Source of the DNA: Oopsacas minuta
Lineage: Eukaryota; Animalia; Porifera
Direction of reading: 5' to 3'
NCBI GenBank assembly: GCA_024704765.1
Contig: JAKMXF010000077.1
Location: forward strand, 1-64,000
DNA: 64,000 nucleotides
The notes beneath the pieces are model-generated. The model worked only from the letters and a program-made list of their open reading frames with translations. It had not been told where the DNA came from and made no database searches. A program made the position numbers and the translations under genes. This document shows, piece after piece, positions 1 to 13,262 of the stretch. The first letter of the stretch is position 1. Each line of letters begins with the position of its first letter.

Positions 1-2070
1 ACTCAATTTCCAATGTACACATTCATATTTGACAAAGTATAGTATACAAAGTATTCACACTCAATTTCCAATGTTCACATTCATATTTGACAAAGTATAG
101 TATACAAAGTATTCACACTCAATTTCCAATGTACACATTCATATTTGACAAAGTATAGTATACAAAGTATTCACACTCAATTTCCAATGTACACATTCAT
201 ATTTGACAAAGTATAGTATCAAAGTATTCACACTCAATTTCCAATGTACACATTCATATTTGACAAAGTATAGTACAAAGTATTCACACTCAATTTCCAA
301 TGTTCACATTCATATTTGACAAAGTATAGTATACAAAGTATTCACACTCAATTTCCAATGTACACATTCATATTTGACAAAGTATAGTATACAAAGTATT
401 CACACTCAATTTCCAATGTACACATTCATATTTGACAAAGTATAGTATACAAAGTATTCACACTCAATTTCCAATGTACACATTCATATTTGACAAAGTA
501 TAGTATACAAAGTATTCACACTCAATTTCCAATGTACACATTCATATTTGACAAAGTATAGTATACAAAGTATTCACACTCAATTTCCAATGTACACATT
601 CATATTTGACAAAGTATAGTATGCAAAGTATTCACACTCAATTTCCAATGTACATTCATATTTGACAAAGTATAGTATGCAAAGTATTCACACTCAATTT
701 CCAATGTACACATTCATATTTGACAAAGTATAGTATACAAAGTATTCACACTCAATTTCCAATGTACACATTCATATTTGACAAAGTATAGTATACAAAG
801 TATTCACACTCAATTTCCAATGTACACATTCATATTTGACAAAGTATAGTATACAAAGTATTCACACTCAATTTCCAATGTACACATTCATATTTGACAA
901 AGTATACTATACAAAGTATTGTCACTCAATTTCCAATGTACACATTCATATTTGACAAAGTATAGTATACAAAGTATTCACACTCAATTTCCAATGTTCA
1001 CATTCATATTTGACAAAGTATAGTATGCAAAGTATTCACACTCAATTTCCAATGTACACATTCATATTTGACAAAGTATAGTATACAAAGTATTCACACT
1101 CAATTTCCAATGTACACATTCATATTTGACAAAGTATAGTATGCAAAGTATTCACACTCAATTTCCAATGTTCACATTCATATTTGACAAAGTATAGTAT
1201 ACAAAGTATTCACACTCAATTTCCAATGTCACATTCATATTTGACAAAGTATAGTATACAAAGTATTCACACTCAATTTCCAATGTCACATTCATATTTG
1301 ACAAAGTATAGTATACAAAGTATTCACACTCAATTTCCAATGTACACATTCATATTTGACAAAGTATAGTATACAAAGTATTCACACTCAATTTCCAATG
1401 TTCACATTCATATTTGACAAAGTATAGTATACAAAGTATTCACACTCAATTTCCAATGTACACATTCATATTTGACAAAGTATAGTATACAAAGTATTCA
1501 CACTCAATTTCCAATGTACACATTCATATTTGACAAAGTATAGTATACAAAGTATTCACACTCAATTTCCAATGTACACATTCATATTTGACAAAGTATA
1601 GTATACAAAGTATTCACACTCAATTTCCAATGTACACATTCATATTTGACAAAGTATAGTATACAAAGTATTCACACTCAATTTCCAATGTACACATTCA
1701 TATTTGACAAAGTATAGTATACAAAGTATTCACACTCAATTTCCAATGTACACATTCATATTTGACAAAGTATAGTATACAAAGTATTCACACTCAATTT
1801 CCAATGTTCACATTCATATTTGACAAAGTATAGTATACAAAGTATTCACACTCAATTTCCAATGTTCACATTCATTTTGACAAAGTATAGTATACAAAGT
1901 ATTCACACTCAATTTCCAATGTACACATTCATATTTGACAAAGTATAGTATGCAAAGTATTCACACTCAATTTCCAATGTACACATTCATATTTGACAAA
2001 GTATAGTATACAAAGTATTCACACTCAATTTCCAATGTACACATTCATATTTGACAAAGTATAGTATACA
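1..2070. repeat. 58-bp tandem satellite array (~35.5 units in the window; open at the left edge)
   Basis: Unit ACTCAATTTCCAATGTACACATTCATATTTGACAAAGTATAGTATACAAAGTATTCAC starts at 1 and recurs at 59 and onward, head-to-tail with no spacers. Minor variants include TGTTCAC, TGTCAC and TATGCAAAG. Degenerate units continue to ~2165. ORFs 1158-1349 and 1184-1369 are read-through of 57-bp variant units. Confidence 0.98.
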
Positions 2071-2214
2071 TGTACTGTTACTCAATTTCCAATCCTCATC
2101 GAAGTATTTGACCCATTAGAGTATACAAAGTATTGTCACTCCATTTCCAATCCCCATCTCCATAATACTAAAAATGCCAAACCTACCAATGTCCTTTTAA
2201 CCCATATGTGGGCA

Positions 2215-2722
2215 TAGTGCGGCTCTTGGGCGCATGAGGCCCGCTTGCTAAACTTAAGCCCCCTTCGGGGTTCGTTTGAAAAGGGCATAAATGCGGCCCT
2301 AAGAATTTTTCTGACACATTTTGCTTCCATTAACTTGAGATGAGTATATTATACTCTTCCGATATAGACCTACTTTTCTATAACAGCTTTGTAATTCAAG
2401 TAATATTTAATTGCAATTACACTTGAATTATTATTCAACACCTAAATTCTATAGACTTGTGCACTTGTATATATTTGTTTCTATTTATTATTACAATAAT
2501 TTTTAGTAATATTGTTGGTTTCGGATTTCTCGTATTCTGGTGTAGTGTCAAGTTTAAATAGACACATTTGGCTTCTCTTTTCATGCTGCTACAAATGAAA
2601 AAAAACTTGCAAGTTCACTTTACATAATCATGGTAGTAGAAAACATCCTCAAGTTTTGTGGCCCTCCAAGTCGGCTCTAAATTTCACTGCGGCCCGAAAG
2701 CTAACTTTTATGTCCTCCCCTG
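2215..2722. mobile_element. Probable non-autonomous hAT (Charlie/SPIN-like) remnant
   Basis: Contains TGCGGCTC/GAGGCCCGC/TGCGGCCC subterminal-type motifs and ends in ...TGCGGCCCGAAAGCTAACTTTTATGTCCTCCCCTG at 2722, a typical hAT end. The left end and TSD were not found. Confidence 0.35.
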
Positions 2723-3749
2723 CTTTAACCTATCAATGTCCCTTTAACCTGTTAATGTCCATTTGAACCTTTCAATGCGGACAATGATAAGTTCAAGTGA
2801 CATTAATAAGCTAAACGGATATTATTGGTGGTTTAATTATTATAATTTCCAAGTGATTCTTGTACATGCATTTAAGTATAATAATTTGCAAAAACTGTCC
2901 TAATTCTCTGTTCCTCTAAAGCTTAAACATTTGTATTTCTGGTATTGCTTCATAATCTTTGTACTCAGCCCAATATCCCATCACCCAGTATTTTTTCAAA
3001 ATGTCGTTTCACTTTGATGTCTTATATTCCTCTAAGATAAACATTCGCTCGTTGTGCTGCATCATCTTTTGATATCAACTTCAGTATATTTATATTGAAC
3101 CCAATTGCCAAATCTGCTGTCTCATTTTCCGAGATGGGATAATCTAACTTGAATGTTTCACCAGATTCTGGTATTGTTGAGGATGGTGTAGATACATCTC
3201 TGATGAGACTGTGTTGTCAATGGCCTGTTCAGCAGATTCTGCAACTGTATCGAATTGTGTTGGTCCAGGAAGGCTCGCACCTGATTCTTCATAAATTTCC
3301 ACTATTTCACTTTCAATGCTGTTTCGATTAGATTTGCTAATAGAATTGTTTCTCTACCCTCTTTGGTTGCTCATATTATTTTATGAGCTCTAGGGAAATT
3401 TAATAATACCTGCAAGTAATGAATGTTAATATATTTAATTAACTAATCTAATAGCATTTCAATTTTTTATTGAGCAATAAGGGTACTATTTCCCATTTCG
3501 CACATATTTGCAGCATTGTGGCATTCTTACTACTGATTTGTAAGTGGTACTACGGTAAAATGTAGACATAGCTACTCTATAATACAGATAGGAAACCAGC
3601 TGAGGAATTAATAAAAAGAGAGCCCAGTTTTTACTTTTCACGAGAGGGAAAACTTCCGTTTGAAAGCTACAAATTTTCACTTAATATGGGGTAATCGGGT
3701 ATGGTGAATCCTTGCTTCGCAACAATATGCTCGAATTTTCTGATAAAGT

Positions 3750-4920
3750 AAGCCAATAGATCCAGTTGGTAAAGTGCTTAAAAAATCCAGAGTTAGTTTT
3801 TGTATATCATCAGTTGGACGCACTTCAGTTCACTTATCACGTTTAAGAAGGATTTGATAGGTTAATATCTTTTCAAGTCGTATCTCGGTCAAACTCACGA
3901 GAAAACGACCGCCACTGATGTGTCGACATTGTGAGAATCGCCTTACAATGGATCGGTTTGTAATCTGCTGGTTAAAACATAATTAAAGCTATCTCTGGTT
4001 AAGTCATCTGATAGATCAGCAATATCGGCATTTGTGTTTAGTAAAGCTTCAAAGGTTTGTTTACAGGGCCCATCTTCTTAGAATGCTTCCAAGTGATTAA
4101 CCAATAATTCATTCCAAGAGAAAGATAGATACATTTATCTAACAATGTATCTGGTGTAATATCATTTGCAAAGTGATGAGGATGATAACGTTCTTTTGAA
4201 CTGGCAAGTAGCCACCACAGATTTATGAGCTCTAAAAATGCTGGAGTTACAATACCTTTGTCCTTAAGACATTCGCGCATTGTAGGTGAGTTGTACTTTG
4301 AAAATAGCTAGAGCAAGTGGAACGGTTTTTGTTATTTCCTGGATGAAGTGCTTGGTAGTTTAACGATGGAAATTAAGAGAGAGGTCTGCGTCATGAACTT
4401 TATAAAGGCAAGACCAAAATACAATTCCCACTAGAACAATAGAGGTTATTTGTTGAAATTGTATTTGTAGTGGAATCTGAAAGAAACGAGCAGCAATAAG
4501 ATTATTCCGGATGTTTTTAACAAGGTGAACTGTATCAAAGAACAAATAAACAACTAGTGAAGTAAATAGATCGAGTATACAGTATTTCTTATCAGGGACG
4601 GGATACATATACATTAGATTGTTGAATGAAGAAAGATTTGTTCGAAGATTGTCAGAAATAACAGCACGAGGATGAAATTTTGAATTGCTTAAGTTTTCTA
4701 GACAATTAGGGATACCATCACTTACAATTTTTGATGACAGTGTAGAAATTGGAAGAGCTTTAATGATGTAAAGGGTAGTATTTGTGAGAGACATTGCCAT
4801 AAAGCAAAGGTTGCTCCTGAACATGTGTAGATTTCATCACAACCAATTAGAGCTTGTCCGTCAAATTGTACCTGATGGACCCCGGCAGGGTTGATAAAAA
4901 TCATGAATTTTTTAAATAAT
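3750..4920 (-). pseudogene. P-element/THAP9-like transposase, degraded
   Basis: Minus-strand fragments in order: LIGCDEIY (~4860), RAVISDN...YLFFDTVHLVKNIRNNL (ORF 4360-4824), and my manual translation YVLTSRLQTDPL*RRFSQCRHISGGRFLVSL (~3890-3980). These match P-superfamily transposase motifs. There are several stops and frameshifts, and no THAP domain or termini were identified. Confidence 0.8.
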
Positions 4921-5169
4921 CGGATTTTCTTGATTCTTTATTGTTTTGTAATATATATCAGATCTTTTGACTAATACATCAAATATACTGAGAATCAGAT
5001 GGTTCAATAGTTTAGTTTGCTAAATCTAAACTCAGTATGAATATGAAAATATAATAATGTGTAAATATTATTGGGGTTTTATTTAGATACTTGTAAATTG
5101 AGCATTCTGTAGATAAACACTAGTTTTCCGCCTTCTCGAGTCCAAGTCTATTCCTTATATTGGAATGTA

Positions 5170-5877
5170 CAGTGGAAGCCGCTCAATCGGGACAGCTCGG
5201 GAGTCAATGTTTTGCCCCGATTAACCGAATAACCGATTATGATTATTTAACTATTCAAAACTAGTTTTTCATTGTCACATGACCAGATATATCATATTTC
5301 TCTATTACCTATCCTGATTTATCTAGGTTTAGTAGAGATTTGGTTGTAGTATGGGTATAGTTCCGCTTCAAGAGGTCATAGAATGCGTTACGATATATAC
5401 TTAAAAAGTAAGAAAATATAGTTTAAATAATTATGCATGTGTTTATTACCGCAAACCATGCAAAACGTTTGGATACCCAATAGTGTGGTCATTTTTGAGG
5501 GAATTATACACGGTGGAATAGCCAATGGAACCTGACGCGAGTGAGCAACGTTAATAATCTTGTTTAGTAACTGGCAATCGCACCGGTGTTGTATTGGTAT
5601 AGTTGTAGAGAATATTCAAATTCCTAGTTTTACAACAAATCATTTTACAATGATTCTGAATAAATATACAATTAAAATCCAGTTAATCGGGATAAGAAAT
5701 CCTGAATAACCGATTATGAACTTACAAATATCCGGGTAATCGGGATAAAAATTCCCGATTAACCAATTCGATGTCCCAATTATCCGACAATTTTTCTGTA
5801 AAAATCTGTCCCAAAACTATTGTCCCGTTTAAGCGGATATCCCAATTATCCGAGTCCCAATTAAGCGGCTTCCACTG
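5170..5877. mobile_element. pogo/Tigger-like non-autonomous element (708 bp)
   Basis: TIR CAGTGGAAGCCGCT(C/T)AAT(C/T)GGGAC at 5170 and its reverse complement ending at 5877. Flanked by TA on both sides. Repeated CCGATTAACCG/ATCGGGA subterminal motifs. Confidence 0.88.
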
Positions 5878-7293
5878 TATATATCCAAATGATGAAAATA
5901 TCCATTTAGGGTCTTGTTTCCTTCCTACCATGAATAGAAAATAGTAAAAATTAACAATTCTTTAGAACTGTTGTGAGACAGATTTACTAGCATGACAGTT
6001 TTACTACCTCCATTACTGGTGCCATGGATACTCTATATCCATGACAGAGTTGCTACCCCATATGACAGAATTATTACCCTTTGATCATGACATGAAATCT
6101 TATAACTCAACTCTTAGTTCTTCTATCGATATACCCTGTACGGCAGCCTACCACAGAGCATTTTTATGGCATAGAGAATGTATGAGAATAAAGAATGATA
6201 TAGAAAACAAGTAAATATATAAAAATTGTAAATAAATCTTGGGAGAAAGGTACTAAGCTATTTCTGATATAGTTAGAGATAACTATAGGTAAAGTAAGAT
6301 AAATATAGAAGGTTAGGTATGGCTATATATTAGAAAGGGTCGAAGAGGTAAGAAAAATCAATGAAAATTGAATATATAAAATAAAATTGAGTGATCATTG
6401 TAAATAACATATTTTCTGCACATGTGGTTTGATTCCAAAATTTTGCTTAGATTTTGAATAGTTACCAGTCTCTAACAGATTACTCTAAAATGAAATATGA
6501 AATTGTTTTTAGCATCAGTGAAACCGCAAATCTCGAATAATTCGGGAATACGAGTGGAATCCAAAAATATTACAAATATATTATACAGTATATATTATTA
6601 TGTTGTTGTTGACGTCATCATTAAATAGCGGCTAAACCACAATACTGAGGACTTCAAAAATCCTCCAAATGGATTCGCCATACCCGAATACCCCATATTA
6701 AATGCATATTGTCGTTCTCAAACGGAGTTTCCCCCAGGCGAAAAGTGAAACTGGCCTCTCTTTTTAATTAATTTCTCGGCTGGTTTGCTATATATGTTAT
6801 AGAGCAGCCTATCTATTTATATATACTAGGGTGCCTCAGTTGCACCATTTATTTGAGAACTTACTTCCCTCGCTACTTTTCATGTGCCCTATACAGCATT
6901 GATTCACCATATCAAATAAATGGATTCCAAAATGAATTAGTGGTATCACAATAGTATTTGAAATTGTAATGGATTATTTGTACTTTTGCCTGATAATCTG
7001 ACCAATTTGTTGAAAATTGAAGTCTTAGAATTTTGTTATCTGAGGATGGCTTTATGTCGGTCAATAATACACTTAGATGACAAATTTTGTACATTTTAGA
7101 TAATACGAGCATTTGGCTTGTCGCTTCGCGATTAACTCGTTGCATCGGTCTCGAGGTATCCATTAATCTCCAAACTTGTGGCGCCCTTGAGTATTACAAT
7201 GAAGATATATTTTAAAATGTCGTAGAAAACAATATATACATGGCATATATCCTATTCTAGTGTTTGGTAAGGTAACACCCTTTGTTTATCTGT

Positions 7294-7593
7294 GTGGATA
7301 TTGGATTGTGAGTAACAATGCATAATATACTACACTTAGTCAATTATATATGTGGACATTGGAAATTGAGTGACAATACTTGATAAACTACACTTAGTCA
7401 ATTACTGATGTGGATTTTTGAAATTGAGTAACAATACTTTGACTACAATACTTTGTCAATTATGTATGTGGGCATTGGATATTGAGTGGCAATACCTGAT
7501 GAACAACACTTAGTCAATTATATTTGTGGATATTTGAATTTGAATCACAATACTTTGACTACTATACTTTGTCAATTATGTATGTGGGCATTG
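7294..7593 (-). repeat. Five degenerate inverted copies of the 58-bp satellite unit
   Basis: GTGG(A/G)-anchored units start at 7294, 7352, 7410, 7468, 7526 and 7584, an exact 58-bp period. CAATACTTTGACTACTATACTTTGTCAATTATGTATGTGGGCATTG aligns with the reverse complement of the main unit. Confidence 0.9.
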
Positions 7594-7649
7594 CTACTTG
7601 TGTTTGAAATTTGAATGATAATATGAAGCTGTTATTTTACCATTTTTCA

Positions 7650-9221
7650 TTATGCCTAATTATGCAGAGTATATTAAAGCTGTATTCACTAAGAGAGCTT
7701 CAAATTTTGTTGCTGTGGTAGGATTTTACTGAAAAACTATTTCCGCTTCACAGATGTCGGCGGTACTTTGAGTAGCAATTGATATACCTTCTCTAACAAA
7801 TTTCGTCCTCAGCCGGTTGCTGCTCTATATTTTTTTGGTACTTCAAAGAAGATGATAGATATCCATGGGATTGTGATACCTCATATGCTCGAGATAGTTT
7901 CGATTGCCAATTGTAACTTCATGGCTACAGGTAGTTTTTCCGTACCATTGACTTCAAGATCCGAATTCGAAATGTTTGTATCTATTTCATCTACCGCATT
8001 TCCCATAATTTTTAGTCAATCTGGATATTAACCTCAGACTAAATGCCCTTCTACTACTTTCATTTCAGTTTTACTAAAGGGTTGTGTAGAAGTTGTAATG
8101 ATGAAGCTTCCATAAAACTTCTTGAATACTTCTTTGGTTTATCGCTTCAATAATTTGATGAATGTATTCTGAACCTGATGGAAGATAGCTCTGGATTTCT
8201 TCAAGTAAAACTATTATTGTTGCTTCAGCAGAGATAAAATTTGCATCTCGCCTACACAAGGCCTCTGCTATCTTGATAGCTTGCAATGCTTTTACGTTAT
8301 GACAAAAGAAATCTTCCGGAACTCTTCATCTGATAATGCAAAATTAATATTTGGGTTCAAGAGAGATTTTTTGGACTTTTTTATTTTAAATACTATCTCG
8401 AGCTTATTTAGGAGTGAACTCCAACGAGTCTTACGATCCAGAATTAGCTGTAATCCATTCAGATGGCTCTCTTGTATATACTTTTGCAAGTGCTCGATTT
8501 CTAAGAGGGGAATGCTTGGATATTTCGAAATTTTACAAACTTTCTTAACCACGCCATCAATGTCGAATTTTACTTCTGTATTTTCCTGTTCTGTATCAAG
8601 ATCGCCTATTACAGTAGTTAACCTATCCACATCTTCAAATTCCTCAAATAGTTCTTCAGCTTTGTACTTGGTTTAATTTGGATTACTAATTCTTTCCATA
8701 GAACAAGTATGCTTTTCGATAAAAGAGGTCATATATCACGAGTTGGAGACCATGGGCGTAACATAATTGATGAAGTTTTAAATTTATCGTCCAAGTTTCC
8801 TCACATAGAGCATCCATCTGTGGTAACAGCCATTTTATCTGTATCAAATTCGATGCCATTTTTAATGTGCCTATCAGAACCCTTCTCTGCTGAAAAGCAT
8901 CCACGTATTCTGACCAACCCAAAATTGCAAAATTACCAGTCCCCATGGATATTTATTTTCAAGTATCTCCTATTTCGCATTGAAGTCCATTCGTCTAGTC
9001 TCTAGTGTAATGCTGAGTTACCACCTTTTAAATTCTTAATGAGTAATAATGTTTAATTCTCTCATATACAGCCGCGCAATACTTGGACACCTTTCGAATA
9101 GTAGTTACTGATCTAAGTAGGGAGTGGCCAAGGGCCATTACAGATAGTTTATAAGTAATATGTATATAAGGTTATGCTCCCATTAAATGAGAAATGCCAA
9201 CCTTTAGCGAATACTTTCCTC
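7650..9221 (-). pseudogene. hAT (Ac/BED-type) transposase, degraded and 5'-interrupted
   Basis: Minus-strand motifs: LDEWTSMRNRRYLKINIH (~8950-9000), AVTTDGCSM, QLCYAHGLQLVIYDLFY, LILDRKTRWSSLL, and the dimerisation-domain-like LLKVPPTSV (~7750-7790). Homology runs up to the CACAGTG end at 9222. Confidence 0.85.
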
Positions 9222-9253
9222 CACAGTGTGGCAATATGCAGAAATGGACATAT
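9222..9253 (+). mobile_element. Solo left end of a Transib/RAG1-like transposon (same family as element C)
   Basis: CACAGTGTGGCAATATGCAGAAATGGACATAT versus the element C left end CACAGTGTGGCAATATGGGGAAATAGGCATAT (28/32 identical). No partner end or matching TSD (TCCTC) was found in the window. Confidence 0.75.
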
Positions 9254-9274
9254 CTCCAAAATCTATCCTTAATT

Positions 9275-10280
9275 GAATTGCTCTGGATGCGGATGACACG
9301 ACAATTACTAGACTGGAGCAAGAACTCAGGAATTACAAATGCAGATAACTGAAATGGTGTAAATAAAAAACATTTTCATTAATATAGAAAAACAAAAGTA
9401 ATGGTTAACAGGTCAACTGGAAAATCTGACAAATAAATATACATGGATATATATATAAACAATATGAAGATTGAAAACTTAAATATACAGACTCTTGGGT
9501 GTAAGTATTGATGTAAACCTGACATAGAAAAACCATGTTGAGACAGTTCAATTAGCAGTCTATAGAGATGTATCTCTGCTTCTGGAACTAAAGAAATACC
9601 TACTTCTTGAAACTAAGACATTGTTAGATAATGCCTATATATTCTCAATAATGGCACATGTCTCAACTGTATGGGAGAAGTAATCAGCTCTGGATTATCT
9701 GGAAAGATTACAAAAACGATCAGTAAAAATTATTTTAGATATTAAGGATATTAGGGTCAATCCCAAACAGTAAACCAAACTAGATTGGGTCCCTATTGGC
9801 ACTTGGGTCAACATCAGATGAGTTTTATAGTATACGTATAAAGCAATTAATGAACTATTGCCCTTATATGTTGACCAATTGTTTACTCAGATTGGAGCAT
9901 ACTATCACGCACAAGAAGTTCAAAATAAAATACAACTATATCCTTAAAGAAAGAGGAAATATAGACAACTCACTATATGTTATCAGGGACCAATCATCTG
10001 GAATTGTTTCCCTCTCAAATTTGAACTTCAGCCAACCAAGAAACTTTTCTATTAATAAATTACTTCAAGGATCAATCAAACTAAAATTTAATATTCAAGC
10101 ACAAAGAATATACTTTTCCCATCTGTATGTACATATATGTTTAAGTGTGATTATAAATTTTATGTATATTTGGAGTATGTAGATTTTGGTTATATGTTGT
10201 GTCACAATGTTTTTCTTGTACATTTTCTGCTTGGGCCCTGAATTTAATTAGTAGCTGAACAGGTTATCCATTAAAATATC

Positions 10281-10316
<36 letters not shown>
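9275..10316 (+). mobile_element. 5'-truncated LINE (L2/CR1-group-like) reverse transcriptase C-terminal fragment with (ATCT)n tail
   Basis: LDADDTTI at 9283 (YADD motif with Y>D), NIEK-TKVM, LGVSID-NLT*KNHV, then a 3' region ending in a tetranucleotide tail. Many stops and frameshifts. Confidence 0.7.
10281..10316 (+). repeat. (ATCT)9 microsatellite, probable LINE tail
   Basis: Nine perfect ATCT copies directly after the LINE fragment. Confidence 0.95.
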
Positions 10317-10317
<1 letters not shown>

Positions 10318-10340
10318 ATTGGAACTAGTTGTTAGTAAAG

Positions 10341-13178
10341 CAGTGGGGTAACCAGCTTTTGTATTCGGGGGGGGGGGGGCCAATGTAGTTCCAAACTCTA
10401 GTATAGTCACTACTTAGTCGCCATTGCACATTGGTTACTATGAATTTGAGTAATAGATGTAGTAACTATTTAATTATTGACCTTTATTCAATGGGAATCA
10501 GATTAGTGTTTTATATAAACAATGCCTTTAACAAAGAGTTTCGTTTGTTGACGATTTTACAGTGGTAATTGTCTGATTCTTCCTTTTACAGCCTCTAGGG
10601 TAGTTTATATTTATTATGATTTCCTAATATCCTATATTATATCACTATATTGTATTTTCCATTATTGAAAATTTCTAAACGGCCAGGAAAAATTCACGAT
10701 TTCTTTCTTCCTAAGCAACCTAGGTTTGAGGAATTATTGTCTCCAGCAAGTGAGCCTGACTCTGAAGAGCCAATTATCCGGAATGAAGGAGATTATCTTT
10801 CCCAACCTGATGAATTAGAACGTGACTCGTTGGATTCCTTTCAAATAGATCCTGGAAATATTCATTCGAAGTTTGATAAAGGTCATTACGTAGCTGGAAA
10901 GAAGCAATTATATGAAGTACTTCGTTCAGAGGTTCTACTTAACTGTTGGGTGCCTCCAGACAATTATAAATTTCCTCCAATTATCCAAGGAGGTAGGAAG
11001 AGATATTTTAATAGCAAATGGCTTATTAACAACACGTGGCTTGCTTATTCTGAAATTTTATCAGGCGGGTTTTGCAAAATTTGTGTCCTATTTCTCGACC
11101 GACATGATAAACTTGTGGGTAAGGGTGGTTCACAAATGGTGGGCTCCTTAGTGACCAAGGCATTGACCAACTACAAGTGTGTAATTGAATTATTCAACAA
11201 ACATAGTCAGTTAATTTATCATAGAGACTGTTGTGTAACATGCAAATCCTGCAAAAGGATGGCAGAAACACCGAGACTTGATATTCAAGACCAGCTTGAT
11301 CGACAAAGAATTAAACAAAAAGTGTTAAACCGCCAGAGATTAGTACCTATAATCGAGACCATCCTCTTTTTAGTTAGACAGGAGTTATCATTTCTCGGAC
11401 ACAGGGGTGAATCTAAAGAATTAGATATTGAAGAACCGAAAGAAAATGATGATAACTTTCGTGCTGCGCTAGGATACGTCTAAGAGAAAGAGATATTGTA
11501 TTGAAAGACCACCTCGAATCCAGTGGATCCAATTCGAAATATTTAAGTCCAATGATCCAGAAGGAGGTCACAAGATTAGTGGAACATTGATTTGTCAAAG
11601 AATAGTTTCCGAAGTCCAGAAAAGTGTTCCATTATCAATTTTAGCAAATGAATCAGCGGATATTCCTGCTCATGAGCAGCTTTCAATTTCAGTTCGCTAT
11701 GTTTTTCGATCGGAATGCTCAGTCGTTTTAAGGGAAATGTTTCTTGGTTTGTTACAGTTTCAGATCTAACTGGAGAAGGAATAGCAAAGACACTCATTTC
11801 ATTCTGTGTTTCTACTAGATTAGATTTGAATAACATGGTGGGATTAGGTTTGGATGGTGCTAGCTATGACTGGGAAGTTCAAAGGAATGCAGGCATGGAT
11901 CCGCGAATTATATCCAATGGTTCACTACAACACTGTTCATCGCACAGCTTAAGTTTAGCAATTGGAAAAGCTAACACTGTTATTCTTGGTAGCGTATTTT
12001 CTAATCTTACCTCCATATTTCCTTCTTTCATGGCTACCCTTTGCGAGAAGAGAAACTACGCAAAGCTATCCAAGCTATGTGCCCAGAATCTAAGCGACAG
12101 CGATTGAAAACAATTTGTGCAACAAGATGGGCTGAACGGCATGATGCAATTCTGGTGTTCATGGAATTAATCGATGCAGTTGTTGCCTGTTTAGAAGAAC
12201 TAACTCTTGTACCAGGAGAGATAGTTTCGAAAGCAACCAACTTGTTCATGTCTGCACATGATTTGACTTTCTATATTCAGGTACACTTTTCGAATATCCA
12301 AGCGCCCTTCTGCTCACAGTTTCTAAACAATTACAGTCACCAACATTGGATTTGGGTAATATTTGATCTATTGTTGAAATGTGATTCATTTTCGAAAAGG
12401 AAATGAATCAAGATGATACTTGTACGCGAATTACATTAAGGCTAAATCTAGAGCTGAAATTTTTGGGTCATCAGTTACTTTACCAAAAGTTTTTGGAAGA
12501 AGTAACCCCGAATTCATTGGAAAAGAAGAGCCTTTTTATAAAAAGCGCGTTTTCATTTCATATTATCAGTGGCTGCTTGAACAATAGAGGAAATGCAAAA
12601 AGTAGTAGAGCCCATGAACACAATATTACCATTTAGCTCTTCAGTAATCGAGGCACAAATGAAAATTTGGGCTGAAATTTGGGCTGAAAAGAAAAGGAAG
12701 GGAGGGTTGATTCCTGATAATGCTGTTAACTCATTAGCACTCTGCAATATAGACATAATGGTGGCTATATTCCTTATCCTACAGATATTTTCAACGATAT
12801 CAAAAACAAGCGCAACAAGGGAAAGGAGCCTTTCAAACATGAAGCATATAAAGACCTATCTTAGAAATTCTATGGGAGAAGAAAGATTATCAGGTCTTGT
12901 AATTTATCTGCCCATGGACGTGAAATACAAATTGAGCCAGAGGAAATCATAAATGAAATGGCCAATATTCACAGGAAGATTGACATTGTTTTTAGTGTAT
13001 CTGTAGTATTTGTAAAGACAACAATATTTGCAAAGATGAATAATATATTTAAACAATATTCCAAGTGGTTTTGGGCATAGCACCACTGATTGAGATAGAT
13101 AAATATAAATAGCAATCAATCATTAAAATATTTCGGGGGGAGGCCATGGCCCCCTTGGCCCCCCTGACTATGCCACTG
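10341..13178 (+). mobile_element. Full-length hAT element (Tip100/ZMYM1-like group), 2838 bp, with a 9-bp flanking direct repeat
   Basis: Termini CAGTGGGGTAACCAG (10341) and CTGACTATGCCACTG (ends 13178) are inverted, 11/15 matching. Flanks read TTAGTAAAG at 10332-10340 and 13179-13187. Confidence 0.9.
10650..12952 (+). pseudogene. hAT transposase with TTF-type zinc finger and DUF4371-like region, frameshifted
   Basis: Consecutive ORF pieces carry WLAYSEILSGGFCKICVLF, ILANESADIPAHEQLSISVRYV, GLGLDGAS, ICATRWAERHDAI, and ATRERSLSNMKHIKTYLRNSMGEERLSGL (dimerisation domain). Confidence 0.88.
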
Positions 13179-13262
13179 TTAGTAAAGTGAAGTATATGTA
13201 TATTGAATTTTAAATGTATTTGGATACTGCGTTGCATGGATGCTGTCTGGCTACTTTAAAAG

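Noticed and set aside
1-2070. CRISPR array, or coding repeat ORFs (1158-1349, 1184-1369)
   Set aside because: Units are contiguous with no unique spacers and there are no cas genes. The ORFs arise only where 57-bp variant units keep the frame.
3000-3400. Possible host exon or pseudogene on the minus strand (EIYEESGASLPGPTQFDTVAES...)
   Set aside because: Protein-like composition, but broken by a frameshift and stops, with no recognisable family motif.
2629-5932. CATGGTAG inverted pair as termini of the P-like element
   Set aside because: Only 8 bp match, the flanks give no TSD, and the left copy lies inside the hAT-like remnant.
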